Below are positions 18,493 through 28,229 of a stretch of 64,000 nucleotides of DNA, piece by piece. The notes below the pieces were generated by a model. It was not told where the DNA came from. It was given only the letters and a program-made list of their open reading frames with translations, and made no database searches. The stretch is from assembly GCA_045615665.1 (NCBI GenBank), contig JAZLFJ010000028.1, positions 16,145 through 80,144 of the forward strand. Reading direction: 5' to 3'. The translations under genes and the position numbers were made by a program. Position 1 is the stretch's first letter. Every line of letters starts with the position of its first letter. Source of the DNA: Bacilli bacterium (GTDB lineage Bacteria; Bacillota_I; Bacilli_A; RFN20; CAG-826).

Positions 18493-19876
18493 GAATTTTG
18501 AACAAGAATATAAATACGGTTTTAAAGACAAAGATGTCTCAATTTTTAATACTGGAAAAGGCCTTAATGAAGAAGTAGTTAGGGAAATTTCTAGACTTAA
18601 AAATGAACCTGAATGGATGCTTGAATTTAGACTTAAAGCATATAATGCTTTTAAAGAGCTTCCAATGCCATCATTTGGTCCCGATTTATCTTTTTTAGAT
18701 TTCGATTCTTACACTTATTTTATTCGTTCCTCTAAAAAGGTTGAAAAGGATTGGAATGAGGTTCCAGAAACTATTAAAAATACTTTCCAAAAATTAGGAA
18801 TTCCTGAAGCTGAACAAAAATATCTTAGTGGTGTTACAACTCAATATGAATCTGAAGCCGTTTATCACAATATGCTTAAAGAAGTTGAGGACAAAGGCGT
18901 TATCTTTTTATCAACTGACCAAGCTGTTCAAATGTGTCCAGACTTAGTTAAAAAATATTTCAATACAGTTGTCCCGTATAAAGATAATAAATTTTCTGCT
19001 CTTAATGGTGCTGTTTGGTCTGGAGGATCATTTATCTATGTTCCAAAAGGAGTAAAACTAGATAAACCTCTTCAATCATATTTTAGAATCAATAATGAAA
19101 AATCAGGTCAATTTGAAAGAACTTTAATCATTGTTGATGAAGGCGCTGATGTTCATTATGTTGAAGGCTGTACCGCTCCTATATATTCTAAGGATTCTTT
19201 ACACGCTGCAGTTGTGGAAATTATCGTTGAAAAAGGTGCAAAATGCAGATATTCGACAGTTCAAAACTGGTCTAATAATATTGTTAATTTAGTTACAAAA
19301 CGTGCCTTAGTTAAAGCCAATGGACAAATGGACTGGATTGACGGAAATATTGGATCTCAAACAAATATGAAATATCCAGCTTGTATTTTATCAGGCGAAG
19401 GTGCTCGTGGAAATTGTATTTCCATCGCTGTTGCTGGAAAAGGTCAATATCAAGACGCTGGAGCTCGTATGATTCATTTAGCGAGTAATACCTCTTCGAC
19501 TATTATTTCTAAATCAATTGTCAAAAATGGTGGAGTTGCTAATTATCGTGGCTCTGTTAAACATATGAAGGGTGCATTAAACTGCAAATCTCATGTCGAA
19601 TGTGACACCTTGATTTTGGATGACATTTCAAAATCCGACACAATTCCAACTAATTTAGTGCAAAATAACACTTCATTTATTGAACATGAAGCTACTGTTT
19701 CAAAAATTAATGAAGATCAACTTTTCTATTTAATGTCTCGGGGAATTTCCCGTAAAGATGCTACTCAAATGGTCATCATGGGATTTATTGAACCATTCTC
19801 CAAAGAACTTCCAATGGAATACGCTGTTGAACTAAATCAACTTATCAAGATGGATATGGAAGGTAGCGTAGGATAA
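18482..19876 (+). CDS. sufB: Fe-S cluster assembly protein SufB
   Basis: [41 protein letters not shown]. Confidence 0.96.
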   Translation: MKNKNFEQEYKYGFKDKDVSIFNTGKGLNEEVVREISRLKNEPEWMLEFRLKAYNAFKELPMPSFGPDLSFLDFDSYTYFIRSSKKVEKDWNEVPETIKNTFQKLGIPEAEQKYLSGVTTQYESEAVYHNMLKEVEDKGVIFLSTDQAVQMCPDLVKKYFNTVVPYKDNKFSALNGAVWSGGSFIYVPKGVKLDKPLQSYFRINNEKSGQFERTLIIVDEGADVHYVEGCTAPIYSKDSLHAAVVEIIVEKGAKCRYSTVQNWSNNIVNLVTKRALVKANGQMDWIDGNIGSQTNMKYPACILSGEGARGNCISIAVAGKGQYQDAGARMIHLASNTSSTIISKSIVKNGGVANYRGSVKHMKGALNCKSHVECDTLILDDISKSDTIPTNLVQNNTSFIEHEATVSKINEDQLFYLMSRGISRKDATQMVIMGFIEPFSKELPMEYAVELNQLIKMDMEGSVG

Positions 19877-21747
19877 TGAAAGACTATCAAGTAATTGTAG
19901 TGGGTGGAGGACACGCGGGTGTCGAAGCATGTGCTGCTTGTGCACACATGGGTTTAAGCACACTTCTAATTACTTTGAATAAGAAAATGATTGCAAATAT
20001 GCCATGTAATCCTTCGATAGGAGGATCTGCTAAAGGCATTGTTGTGCGTGAAATTGATGCTCTAGGTGGCGTGATGGGAATCGCAGCCGATCACGAGTAT
20101 TTACAGATGAAAATGCTCAACACTGGTAAGGGCCCTGGAGTGCAATGTTTAAGAGCTCAAGAAGATAAATTTTCATATCCTCATTATATTCAAGAATTAT
20201 TGGAAAACACTGCAAATCTTGAAGTAATTGAAGGAGAAGTTACAAAAATCGATTATCACGATGATATTGTTTCCGGCGTATTTTTAAAAGATGGAACGCT
20301 TATCAAATCTAAGGCTGTTGTCATCGCGACTGGAACTTATATGGAATCGAAAATTCTTCGCGGAAATAAAGCGATTTCAGCTGGACCAGATGGCGAAAAG
20401 CCTTCAATCGGTTTATCTAAATTTCTTCAAGAAATGGGTTTAGAGATTTTTAGGCTTAAAACAGGTACTCCTCCAAGAATTAAAAAATCATCAATAGATT
20501 TTTCAAAAGCAGTTATTCAAGAAGGCATGGAAGGCAATTTAGCGTTCTCCTACCTTACAAAAACTTTCAAACCTTTAAGCGAGCAACTGCCTTGTTATTT
20601 AATTTACACAAACGAATCAACCCATGATTTAATTAAGAATAATCTCAACAAAACTGCCACATATAATGGTTTACAGACAGGTGTTGGACCACGTTATTGT
20701 CCTTCAATTGAATCAAAAGTAATGACGTTTAAGGATAAAAAGCGACACCAATTGTTTTTAGAACCAGAATTTAAAGATGGCGAATCGATTTATCTTCAAG
20801 GATTCTCGACTGCTATGGAAGAATCTATTCAAGAAAAGATGGTTCATTCCTTAGAAGGATTAGAAAAAGCTGAATTTTTAAAATATGCTTATGCAATTGA
20901 ATATGACGCTTTAGTGCCAACTCAATATGATTTAACTCTAAGAGTGAAGAAATACAAAGGTCTATATGGTGCTGGTCAAATTTGTGGAACCTCTGGCTAT
21001 GAAGAAGCGGGTGGTCTTGGTTTAGTTGCTGGAATTAATGCAGCCTTATATGTTTTAGGCAAAGAGTCATTTATCTTAAAACGAAACGAATCATATATCG
21101 GTGTCATGATCGATGATATCGTTACTAAAGGAACTGAAGAACCATATCGACTTCTTTCTTCTCGAGCAGAATATCGTTTACTTCTTAGACACGATAATGC
21201 AGATCTTAGACTTACACCATACGGCTATAAATTAGGCTTAATTTCTGAAGATAGATATGCAAACTTTGTTAAGAAAAACGAGAACGTTAACCAAGTTAAA
21301 GAGATTTTAAATAACGTTCATTTAGGTAGTTCAAAACGTGTGAACGATTATTTAAAAGAACATAACTTGCCTACTTTAAAAGCAGGTGTTTCAGGTACCG
21401 AATTTTTAAAAAGACCTGAAATTCATTACGAAAATGTTCGTGATTTAATACCCGAAATAAGGGATATTGAATTAGATTATATTGGAATATCTCAATTAGA
21501 GATTTCAGTTAAATTTGAAGGTTATATCAAAAGAGAAGAAAATGAAGCAAGATCCTTTGCGAAATTTGAAGAATATAAACTTCCTAATGATATTGATTAT
21601 CTAAATATGCACGGCTTAGCCCTCGAAGCTAGACAAAAATTAAATAAGATTAGACCTACAACCGTTGGCCAAGCATCTCGTATTTCAGGTATTAATCCAA
21701 CTGACATTTCGGTGTTAATATTAAATTTAAAGAGATTAGAAAAATGA
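19876..21747 (+). CDS. mnmG: tRNA uridine 5-carboxymethylaminomethyl modification enzyme MnmG/GidA
   Basis: GGGHAGVEA, MPCNPSIGG, RLKTGTPPR, GPRYCPSIE, AGQICGTSGYEEA. Confidence 0.97.
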   Translation: MKDYQVIVVGGGHAGVEACAACAHMGLSTLLITLNKKMIANMPCNPSIGGSAKGIVVREIDALGGVMGIAADHEYLQMKMLNTGKGPGVQCLRAQEDKFSYPHYIQELLENTANLEVIEGEVTKIDYHDDIVSGVFLKDGTLIKSKAVVIATGTYMESKILRGNKAISAGPDGEKPSIGLSKFLQEMGLEIFRLKTGTPPRIKKSSIDFSKAVIQEGMEGNLAFSYLTKTFKPLSEQLPCYLIYTNESTHDLIKNNLNKTATYNGLQTGVGPRYCPSIESKVMTFKDKKRHQLFLEPEFKDGESIYLQGFSTAMEESIQEKMVHSLEGLEKAEFLKYAYAIEYDALVPTQYDLTLRVKKYKGLYGAGQICGTSGYEEAGGLGLVAGINAALYVLGKESFILKRNESYIGVMIDDIVTKGTEEPYRLLSSRAEYRLLLRHDNADLRLTPYGYKLGLISEDRYANFVKKNENVNQVKEILNNVHLGSSKRVNDYLKEHNLPTLKAGVSGTEFLKRPEIHYENVRDLIPEIRDIELDYIGISQLEISVKFEGYIKREENEARSFAKFEEYKLPNDIDYLNMHGLALEARQKLNKIRPTTVGQASRISGINPTDISVLILNLKRLEK

Positions 21748-22418
21748 AACTTCTAAAAGAATATGGTTTAAACGAAGAATTGATTGCTAAATTCGATAAA
21801 TATCGAAACCTTCTTTTAGAATGGAATGATAAATTCAATCTAACCGCAATCACCGATATAGATGAAATCGAAGAAAAACATTTCATTGATTCTTTATCTT
21901 TAGATAAATATGTCGATTTAAATCATAAGTCGTTATTAGATGTTGGTTCTGGTGCAGGTTTTCCTGGCCTTCCTTTAGCGATCGTTCATCCTACCACTCA
22001 AGTATATTTATTAGAGTCAAATGGTAAAAAAGTTAAATTTTTAAACGAAATGGTTAAAGAATTAAATTTAGCTAATGTCACAGTGATAAACGCTAGAGCG
22101 GAAGAATATTTGAAAAGAGAATATTTTGATATAGTTACTGCTCGTGCTGTTAAAGAATTAAATATTTTGTTAGAGATTTGCTTTCATTTCGTAAAAGTTG
22201 GTGGTCAATTTATTGCCTATAAATCTAGTAATATTAATAAGGAAATTGAAAACGCAAAACATGCTTATAAAGTGCTTGATATTACTGAAACTAAATTAAT
22301 TGAATATCAACTCCCCAAGAGTAAAGATAACAGGGTTTTGCTGCTAATTTCAAAATCAAAACTAACCAAAAAGAAATACCCAAGAAATTATTCTGAGATA
22401 GTAAAAGCGCCCTTATGA
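21744..22418 (+). CDS. rsmG: 16S rRNA m7G527 methyltransferase RsmG/GidB
   Basis: NLTAI..HFIDS, LDVGSGAGFPG, VTARAV. Confidence 0.95.
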   Translation: MKLLKEYGLNEELIAKFDKYRNLLLEWNDKFNLTAITDIDEIEEKHFIDSLSLDKYVDLNHKSLLDVGSGAGFPGLPLAIVHPTTQVYLLESNGKKVKFLNEMVKELNLANVTVINARAEEYLKREYFDIVTARAVKELNILLEICFHFVKVGGQFIAYKSSNINKEIENAKHAYKVLDITETKLIEYQLPKSKDNRVLLLISKSKLTKKKYPRNYSEIVKAPL

Positions 22419-22436
22419 TGATTGGGCGTTTTCTTT
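22403..22436. terminator. Bidirectional terminator at the convergent rsmG / ribU ends
   Basis: aaaagcgccc...gggcgttttcttt. Confidence 0.6.
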
Positions 22437-23168
22437 TACTTCGTTATTTGTTCCGATTCTTTCAATTAAGATATGTAATCTCTTATATAAAAGTAAGACA
22501 ACCGCGATTACGATTGCATCTTTGATTAGATTCATTGGAAGAACCATTATTAGAGCATATAGCCATAACCAGTTATCACCACTGATAGCTGGAATGATTG
22601 CGCTACACATTCCTTCAAGACTTTCAATTGGCATTCCATATAGATATGAATAGAATGGCACCATGATATAAACGTTAGCGATCATGGCAAATAATACATG
22701 AGCAGCAGTGGACAAACCTAAACCAATAAAGACTGATGAAAGTTTTCTTTTTCTTTCATAGATCATGATTGCGGGAAGAACGAAGATCATCGTAAAAACA
22801 AAGTCTCCCAATTCTCCAACTCCAGCAGTTGAGGTCATCGGTAATTTAATTGCAGTTTTTACCAAAGTGACCATTATAGCTGGAAGCGGTCCATACATAT
22901 AACCAACTAAAAATATCGGTATTTCATCGAGATGAACCTTGAGCCATGGAGCGGTAAAACCGAGACCAAAATCTGGCACCAATACGTAAAGTATTGTGGC
23001 AAGCGCTCCAAAGACACCAGTCACTGCGATAAATTTGGTAGGTTTAATGTTCTTTTTCTTATATTGAAAAATAGATAGAACAACTAAACCCGCAACTACT
23101 AAAATCATGAGTCCGATAATTACCCACTTAAACCAACCCATGAACTCTTTTAGTTCTTGATTTGACAT
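22413..23168 (-). CDS. ribU: ECF transporter S component, riboflavin-specific (RibU-like)
   Basis: Multi-TM; LKVHLDEIP...GPL, GVGELGDF, PMNLIKD; FMN riboswitch directly upstream. Confidence 0.85.
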   Translation of the reverse strand: MSNQELKEFMGWFKWVIIGLMILVVAGLVVLSIFQYKKKNIKPTKFIAVTGVFGALATILYVLVPDFGLGFTAPWLKVHLDEIPIFLVGYMYGPLPAIMVTLVKTAIKLPMTSTAGVGELGDFVFTMIFVLPAIMIYERKRKLSSVFIGLGLSTAAHVLFAMIANVYIMVPFYSYLYGMPIESLEGMCSAIIPAISGDNWLWLYALIMVLPMNLIKDAIVIAVVLLLYKRLHILIERIGTNNEVKENAQSS

Positions 23169-23174
23169 AAATAA

Positions 23175-23200
23175 AATCCCTCCTTACTTCAGGTGGGATT
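23175..23200 (-). promoter_or_regulatory. SD-sequestering hairpin (riboswitch expression platform)
   Basis: Minus strand aatcccacct-gaagta-aggagggatt encloses AGGAGG; its 5' arm can instead pair with the aptamer 5' strand acttcagggtg. Confidence 0.8.
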
Positions 23201-23210
23201 ATAAATAGCA

Positions 23211-23325
23211 ACTACTTCTGCTATCCGGACTTTACCGTTGGCCTAGGACTTTCACCTAATCATGCTCTATTGAGCTCGCGGGCTATACCGCCAGTCGACG
23301 TAATTAACGTCACCCTGAAGTGTCT
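23211..23325 (-). promoter_or_regulatory. FMN riboswitch (RFN element) aptamer
   Basis: Minus strand cttcaggg...gactggcggtatagcccgcgagc...ggtgaaagtcc...gccaacggtaaagtccggatagcagaag follows the RFN consensus. Confidence 0.9.
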
Positions 23326-23392
23326 TTATTATATAACAATAAATCAAAAAGAAAAGCCCACATAGTGGACTCATCTAATTATCTTAATCAAA

Positions 23393-23563
23393 TTATTCGA
23401 CTTCGATTGCACCGAATGGACATTCAAATCCTAATTCATCGGCGATTTCATCGACAACAGCATGAGCTTTGCCTTCATCATCAAATTCGAATACTTCTGG
23501 GCGTGAACCAACGCATAAACCGCAGGATCCACAAGCATCAGAGTTAACTTTTACTTTTGGCAT
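23393..23563 (-). CDS. fer: Small [4Fe-4S] ferredoxin
   Basis: CGSCGLC...PEVF...CPFGAI; GGAGGA SD before ATG 23563; ribU-fer synteny as in Bacillus. Confidence 0.88.
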   Translation of the reverse strand: MPKVKVNSDACGSCGLCVGSRPEVFEFDDEGKAHAVVDEIADELGFECPFGAIEVE

Positions 23564-23667
23564 GTTTTCTTCCTCCACGTGAAATTATTATATAAAAATG
23601 ATTTTCAACGTTCAATAATTCTTCAATATTTAATAGATTTCTATTAATATATTTGTTTGAGGTTATT

Positions 23668-23991
23668 ATGACTAGAGTTGAAAAATATCGTGAATATCGT
23701 CGTGAAATTCTGAACTCTTTTTACGTCGATAAAAAAGAGACCAAAATATCAATAACTTCTAACAAAGTATCTTCCGCTACAATGAACAAAGACACCGGTA
23801 ATACATTATCTGTAGATGAAGTGCTTGAAGCATATGAATTATATGACGATAAAAAAGAGACTATTGAGAAGAAGAAACTGAGCACCGAAAAGAAGAAAGA
23901 ATTATTATTCTTTTTGATTGGTATTGGAGTTGCTGTTATACTTCTTACTAGTTTAATCATCGTTGGCATATTGGCCTTTGGAGGAAAATAA
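23668..23991 (+). CDS. Hypothetical protein with single C-terminal TM anchor
   Basis: MTRVEKYREYRREI start, gagg SD, hydrophobic C-terminus; co-oriented with cmk. Confidence 0.65.
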   Translation: MTRVEKYREYRREILNSFYVDKKETKISITSNKVSSATMNKDTGNTLSVDEVLEAYELYDDKKETIEKKKLSTEKKKELLFFLIGIGVAVILLTSLIIVGILAFGGK

Positions 23992-23992
23992 G

Positions 23993-24658
23993 ATGAAAAA
24001 GATTGTTGTTGCAATTGATGGACCTGCCGCAAGCGGTAAATCAACTGTTTCAAAAGCTGTCGCTAAAGAATTAGGATTTACCTATATCGATACAGGTGCG
24101 ATGTATCGTGCTTTTACTGAATATGTTTTACGTAAAGGTGTTGATCCAAAAAATGAAGCAGAATGCGTAAAACTTATCCCAGAAGTTTCAATTGAACTTG
24201 ATCCAGACGGAACAGTTATTTGTTCTGGTAAAGATGTCACTAGAGAAATCCGTGAACCACATGTCAGTGGTAACGTTAGTTACATTGCTTCATATAAAGA
24301 CATTCGTTTAGCCTTAGTTGAACTCCAAAGAAAAATGGCAGATATACAATCAGTCGTCATGGATGGTAGAGACATAGGAACATACGTTCTTCCAAACGCT
24401 GATGTAAAAATTTATCAAATCGCTTCCGTTGAAGAAAGAGCGAAACGTAGATTTTTAGAAAATCAAGAAAAAGGAATTCTTTGTACTCTTGAAGATGTTA
24501 TTGCTGATGTTAAAAAGCGTGATCGAATTGACTCCTCAAGAGCTTTCGCGCCTCTTAAACCAGCGGAAGATTCAATCCAATTAGATACTTCTAATTTAAG
24601 CATTGAACAAACTAGACAAAAAGTTTTAAAAATTATTAAAGAAAAGACAGGCATTTAA
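23993..24658 (+). CDS. cmk: Cytidylate kinase
   Basis: AIDGPAASGKST, DTGAMYRA, VMDGRDIGT. Confidence 0.96.
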   Translation: MKKIVVAIDGPAASGKSTVSKAVAKELGFTYIDTGAMYRAFTEYVLRKGVDPKNEAECVKLIPEVSIELDPDGTVICSGKDVTREIREPHVSGNVSYIASYKDIRLALVELQRKMADIQSVVMDGRDIGTYVLPNADVKIYQIASVEERAKRRFLENQEKGILCTLEDVIADVKKRDRIDSSRAFAPLKPAEDSIQLDTSNLSIEQTRQKVLKIIKEKTGI

Positions 24659-25965
24659 TGAGCATTGGAGTAGTCGCAATCATCGGTAGTCCTAACGTTG
24701 GGAAATCAACGATTTTTAATCGTATTGTTGGTCGACGTAGAGCAATAGTGGACGATCAACCTGGTGTGACTCGCGACCGTTTATATGAAAATGCTGAATG
24801 GTTAGACAAAGAATTTCGTCTCATTGATACAGGCGGAATTGAAATCGCTAATAGACCTTTTCAAGAACAAATTAGGATGCAAGCTCAACTTGCGATAGAT
24901 GAAGCTGATGTCATCTTGTTTGTCGTGGATGGTAAAAAAGGCTTATCCGAAGATGACCGCATGGTCGCTAAATTATTATATAAATGTAAAAAACCAATCA
25001 TTCTTGCAGTTAATAAAATCGATAATAATCAAATGATTTCAAATGCATCTGAATTTTATGCTTTAGGTTTAGGTGAACCCATTCCAACCTCTGGTGAACA
25101 CGGAATCGGAATTGGTGATATTTTAGATAAAATCGTTAAACATCTACCTAATGAAAAAGAGGAAGATTTTGGTGAAGCAATCACCTTTTCAATTATTGGT
25201 CGACCAAATGTTGGAAAATCATCTTTAGTCAACGCCATTCTTAAGAAGGAAAGGGTAATTGTTTCAAATATTGTTGGTACAACAAGAGATTCAATAGATA
25301 CATTCTTTAATCGTGACGGACAAGACTATGTAGTTATCGATACCGCCGGACTCAAGAAACGCGGAAAAATATATGAATCGGTTGATAAATATTCGATGTT
25401 ACGCGCTTTAGCGGCAGTGGATAGAAGCGAAGTAGTTTTACTTGTTATCGATGCTAATGAAGGAATTATCGAACAAGATAAACATGTCGTTAGTTATGCG
25501 GTCGAGAAAAAGAAAGCAATTATCATCGTTGTTAATAAATGGGACTTAGTTAAAAAAGAACAAAACACCCAAGCTGAATTTGAGAAAAAAGTTCGTAAAG
25601 AATTCCAGTTTTTAGAATACGCTCCGATTGTCTTTGTTTCTGCAAAAACCACTGCAAAAGTCGACAATATCTTTGCAAAAATCCAACAAGTTCATTTAGC
25701 ATATGATACGCATATTGCGACTTCTTTACTAAATGATGTCATTCAAGATGCACAAATTATGAACGAGGCGCCAGACTTCAATGGAGGACGTTTAAAAATC
25801 TATTTTGTTAATCAAGCGAATTCTTGCCCTCCAACTTTTGTTCTATTTGTCAACAAACCAAAATATGCTCACTTTTCTTATTTAAGATATATCGAAAATA
25901 GGCTTAGAGAATCATTTAATCTAGATGGAACACCTATTGAACTAGTCTTAAGAGAAAGAGTTTAA
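24658..25965 (+). CDS. der: Ribosome biogenesis GTPase Der/EngA
   Basis: Two GTPase domains (GSPNVGKST; GRPNVGKSS), DTGG/DTAG, KH-like C-terminus. Confidence 0.97.
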   Translation: MSIGVVAIIGSPNVGKSTIFNRIVGRRRAIVDDQPGVTRDRLYENAEWLDKEFRLIDTGGIEIANRPFQEQIRMQAQLAIDEADVILFVVDGKKGLSEDDRMVAKLLYKCKKPIILAVNKIDNNQMISNASEFYALGLGEPIPTSGEHGIGIGDILDKIVKHLPNEKEEDFGEAITFSIIGRPNVGKSSLVNAILKKERVIVSNIVGTTRDSIDTFFNRDGQDYVVIDTAGLKKRGKIYESVDKYSMLRALAAVDRSEVVLLVIDANEGIIEQDKHVVSYAVEKKKAIIIVVNKWDLVKKEQNTQAEFEKKVRKEFQFLEYAPIVFVSAKTTAKVDNIFAKIQQVHLAYDTHIATSLLNDVIQDAQIMNEAPDFNGGRLKIYFVNQANSCPPTFVLFVNKPKYAHFSYLRYIENRLRESFNLDGTPIELVLRERV

Positions 25966-26018
25966 TTATATTGAAGATATAAGAACTATTTATTAGAATA
26001 ATCCCAAGGAGACAATCT

Positions 26019-26291
26019 ATGAATAAAACGGATTTAATTAATGCCATTACGGAAAGATCTGACTTATCTAGAGTTGAGATCGAATCAATTGTCGATGAAT
26101 TTTTACAACTTATTGAAGATGAAGTATTAAAAGGCAAAGAAGTTAAACTTTCTAACTTCGGTGTCTTTTATAAAAAAGCTCGTTTGGCACGTAAAGGAAC
26201 AAATCCTAGCGATGGCTCTCCTATTATAATTCCAGCGAACAACACTGTTGGGTTTAGGCCTTCAAAAATCTTAAAAGAAAAATTAAATTAA
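26019..26291 (+). CDS. hup: DNA-binding protein HU
   Basis: MNKTDLINAI, FGVF..KARLARKGTNP, VGFRPSKILKE. Confidence 0.92.
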   Translation: MNKTDLINAITERSDLSRVEIESIVDEFLQLIEDEVLKGKEVKLSNFGVFYKKARLARKGTNPSDGSPIIIPANNTVGFRPSKILKEKLN

Positions 26292-26298
26292 GAGTCAT

Positions 26299-26925
26299 AT
26301 GACTCTTTTTATTATGAATTTAAATATATTCAAATCACTTGCAAATTTATTTAAGGAGAACGGTTTCTCCCTTTTCATGATTGGTGGAACCTCCCGGGAT
26401 TATCTTCTTAAGTTAGATGTTCTTGATTATGATTTTGTTAGTGATGCGACTCCAGAAGATATGAAGAAATTTCTTCCCGACGCTAATTATCATTTTGAAA
26501 AATATGGAAGTGTAAGATTAAAAATTGAAGGAGTGCATGTTGATATAACCACCTTTAGAAGTGAAGGTGAATATTTAGATTTCCGTCATCCAAATAGTGT
26601 TAAATATGTCAAAACCATTGAAGAAGATTTTGTAAGAAGAGATTTTACGATAAACGCAATTTATATTGATGAAGATATGAAATGCATCGATCCTAGTGGT
26701 GGACTAATTGATTTAAAAAATAGAGTTATTAGATTCATTGGCGATCCTATTAAACGCATAAAAGAAGATCCGCTTCGCATTCTTAGAGCAGAAAGATTTG
26801 AAGAAAAATTAAATTTTGAAATCGAAGAAAAATCACTTGAAGCAATCAATAAATACCGTTATTTACTGGATAAACTAAATCCAGAAAAAGTTAAAGAAGA
26901 ATTAAGAAAATTAAATCATAAATAA
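26299..26925 (+). CDS. Class II tRNA nucleotidyltransferase (CCA-adding-like), unusually short
   Basis: GGTSRDYLL..DYD, RRDFTINA, DPSGGLIDL, EDPLRILRAERF, EKVKEEL; ends just after motif E (alternative start 26314). Confidence 0.85.
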   Translation: MTLFIMNLNIFKSLANLFKENGFSLFMIGGTSRDYLLKLDVLDYDFVSDATPEDMKKFLPDANYHFEKYGSVRLKIEGVHVDITTFRSEGEYLDFRHPNSVKYVKTIEEDFVRRDFTINAIYIDEDMKCIDPSGGLIDLKNRVIRFIGDPIKRIKEDPLRILRAERFEEKLNFEIEEKSLEAINKYRYLLDKLNPEKVKEELRKLNHK

Positions 26926-26968
26926 TCTTCTTTTAATTTATTAATTAATTTAATAAAATAATAGCACT

Positions 26969-27616
26969 ATGTCAGCAGCGCAAATGGAAGCATTAGACTT
27001 CCGCTACCTATTATTAGAATATTATCGTAAGCTCAAACTCAACGAGAATGAACTTGCTACTATTTTGATGATTGATCATCTTTTAGGCCAAAAGAATACT
27101 TTAGTGACTCCTGATCTTCTTTCTTTAAAGATGTCATTATCTTCTAAAGAGCTTGATAAGATTTTTGTTAGCTTAATCGAAAGAGAATATTTAATTTTCG
27201 ATACAGGCAAAAAGATTAAAGTATCTTTAAAGCCATTAAAGAAAAAATTATATGAAGTATTCGAAGAATCTTTAGCAAAAGAACACGAAACCAAAATCAG
27301 TGAAGAAAAATCCAAAGTTCTTCAAAACATTTATCAAGTCTTTGAAAGTGAACTTTCTAGACCACTTTCACCATTAGAATTTTCTCTGATAGGTGAATGG
27401 GTTGATCGCGGATTCAGTGACGAAAGAATAATCGAAGCTCTTCGCCTTGCTTTATCTAGAGGCAAAAAGACACTTAAAAGTGTCGATAAAATCCTCCTAC
27501 AATGGCAAGCCAGAGACGATATAGAAAAAAGCGGTGGCACCGCGGTGAAAGATGATTGGGATCAAGATATCGAAAAAACGATGCAAATCATCAAAACAAA
27601 ATGGTTAGATGACTAA
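26969..27616 (+). CDS. dnaD: DnaD-domain replication initiation protein
   Basis: FESELSRPLSPLEFSLIGEW...EALRLAL...KSVDKILLQW; upstream of nth as in Bacillus. Confidence 0.8.
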   Translation: MSAAQMEALDFRYLLLEYYRKLKLNENELATILMIDHLLGQKNTLVTPDLLSLKMSLSSKELDKIFVSLIEREYLIFDTGKKIKVSLKPLKKKLYEVFEESLAKEHETKISEEKSKVLQNIYQVFESELSRPLSPLEFSLIGEWVDRGFSDERIIEALRLALSRGKKTLKSVDKILLQWQARDDIEKSGGTAVKDDWDQDIEKTMQIIKTKWLDD

Positions 27617-28229
27617 TAAACAAGAGACAATATTTTCTTATTTTGATGAGCTTTATCCAAACGCTCATTGTGAACTTAATTATTCGAAAGATTACGAATT
27701 ATTAATTGCAGTAATGCTTTCGGCCCAAACAACTGATAAAGCGGTTAATAAAGTGACCGCTATTTTATTTGATAGATATAAAAGCATTGAATCATTAGCA
27801 AATGCTTGGTTAAGTGATGTTGAAAATATCATCTCTACCATCGGGATGTATAAGGTTAAAGCCAAAAATGTTATTGGCATTTCTCAAAGATTACTAGCAA
27901 AACATGCAGGAAAAGTTCCTTACGATAAGGAAAAACTTATGCAATTGCCTGGTGTTGGAAACAAAACCGCCAACTGTGTTTTAGCAGAACTTTTTAACGA
28001 ACCATATTTGGCAATCGATACTCACATGCAAAGATTTGCTAAACGTCTTGGAATTGCAAAAAGTAATGATTCAGTTGAAACAATGGAGAAAAAATATCTT
28101 CGTTTCATTCCTAAAGAACGCACAATAAAAACGAACCATCAAATCATCTGGTTCGGTCGATATAAATGTAAGGCAATTTCTCCAAAATGCGATGATTGCA
28201 AATTGAAGGAATTTTGCAAAAATATTTAA
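27609..28229 (+). CDS. nth: Endonuclease III
   Basis: LIAVMLSAQTTD, HhH LPGVGNKTA, DTH, C-x6-C-x2-C-x5-C Fe-S motif. Confidence 0.95.
   Translation: MTNKQETIFSYFDELYPNAHCELNYSKDYELLIAVMLSAQTTDKAVNKVTAILFDRYKSIESLANAWLSDVENIISTIGMYKVKAKNVIGISQRLLAKHAGKVPYDKEKLMQLPGVGNKTANCVLAELFNEPYLAIDTHMQRFAKRLGIAKSNDSVETMEKKYLRFIPKERTIKTNHQIIWFGRYKCKAISPKCDDCKLKEFCKNI

Noticed and set aside
23235-23300. G-to-A change at a ligand-proximal position of the FMN aptamer as proof of altered specificity
   Set aside because: It is matched by a C-to-U change in its pairing partner (ACUGG/CCAAC), so it is compensatory; not sufficient alone
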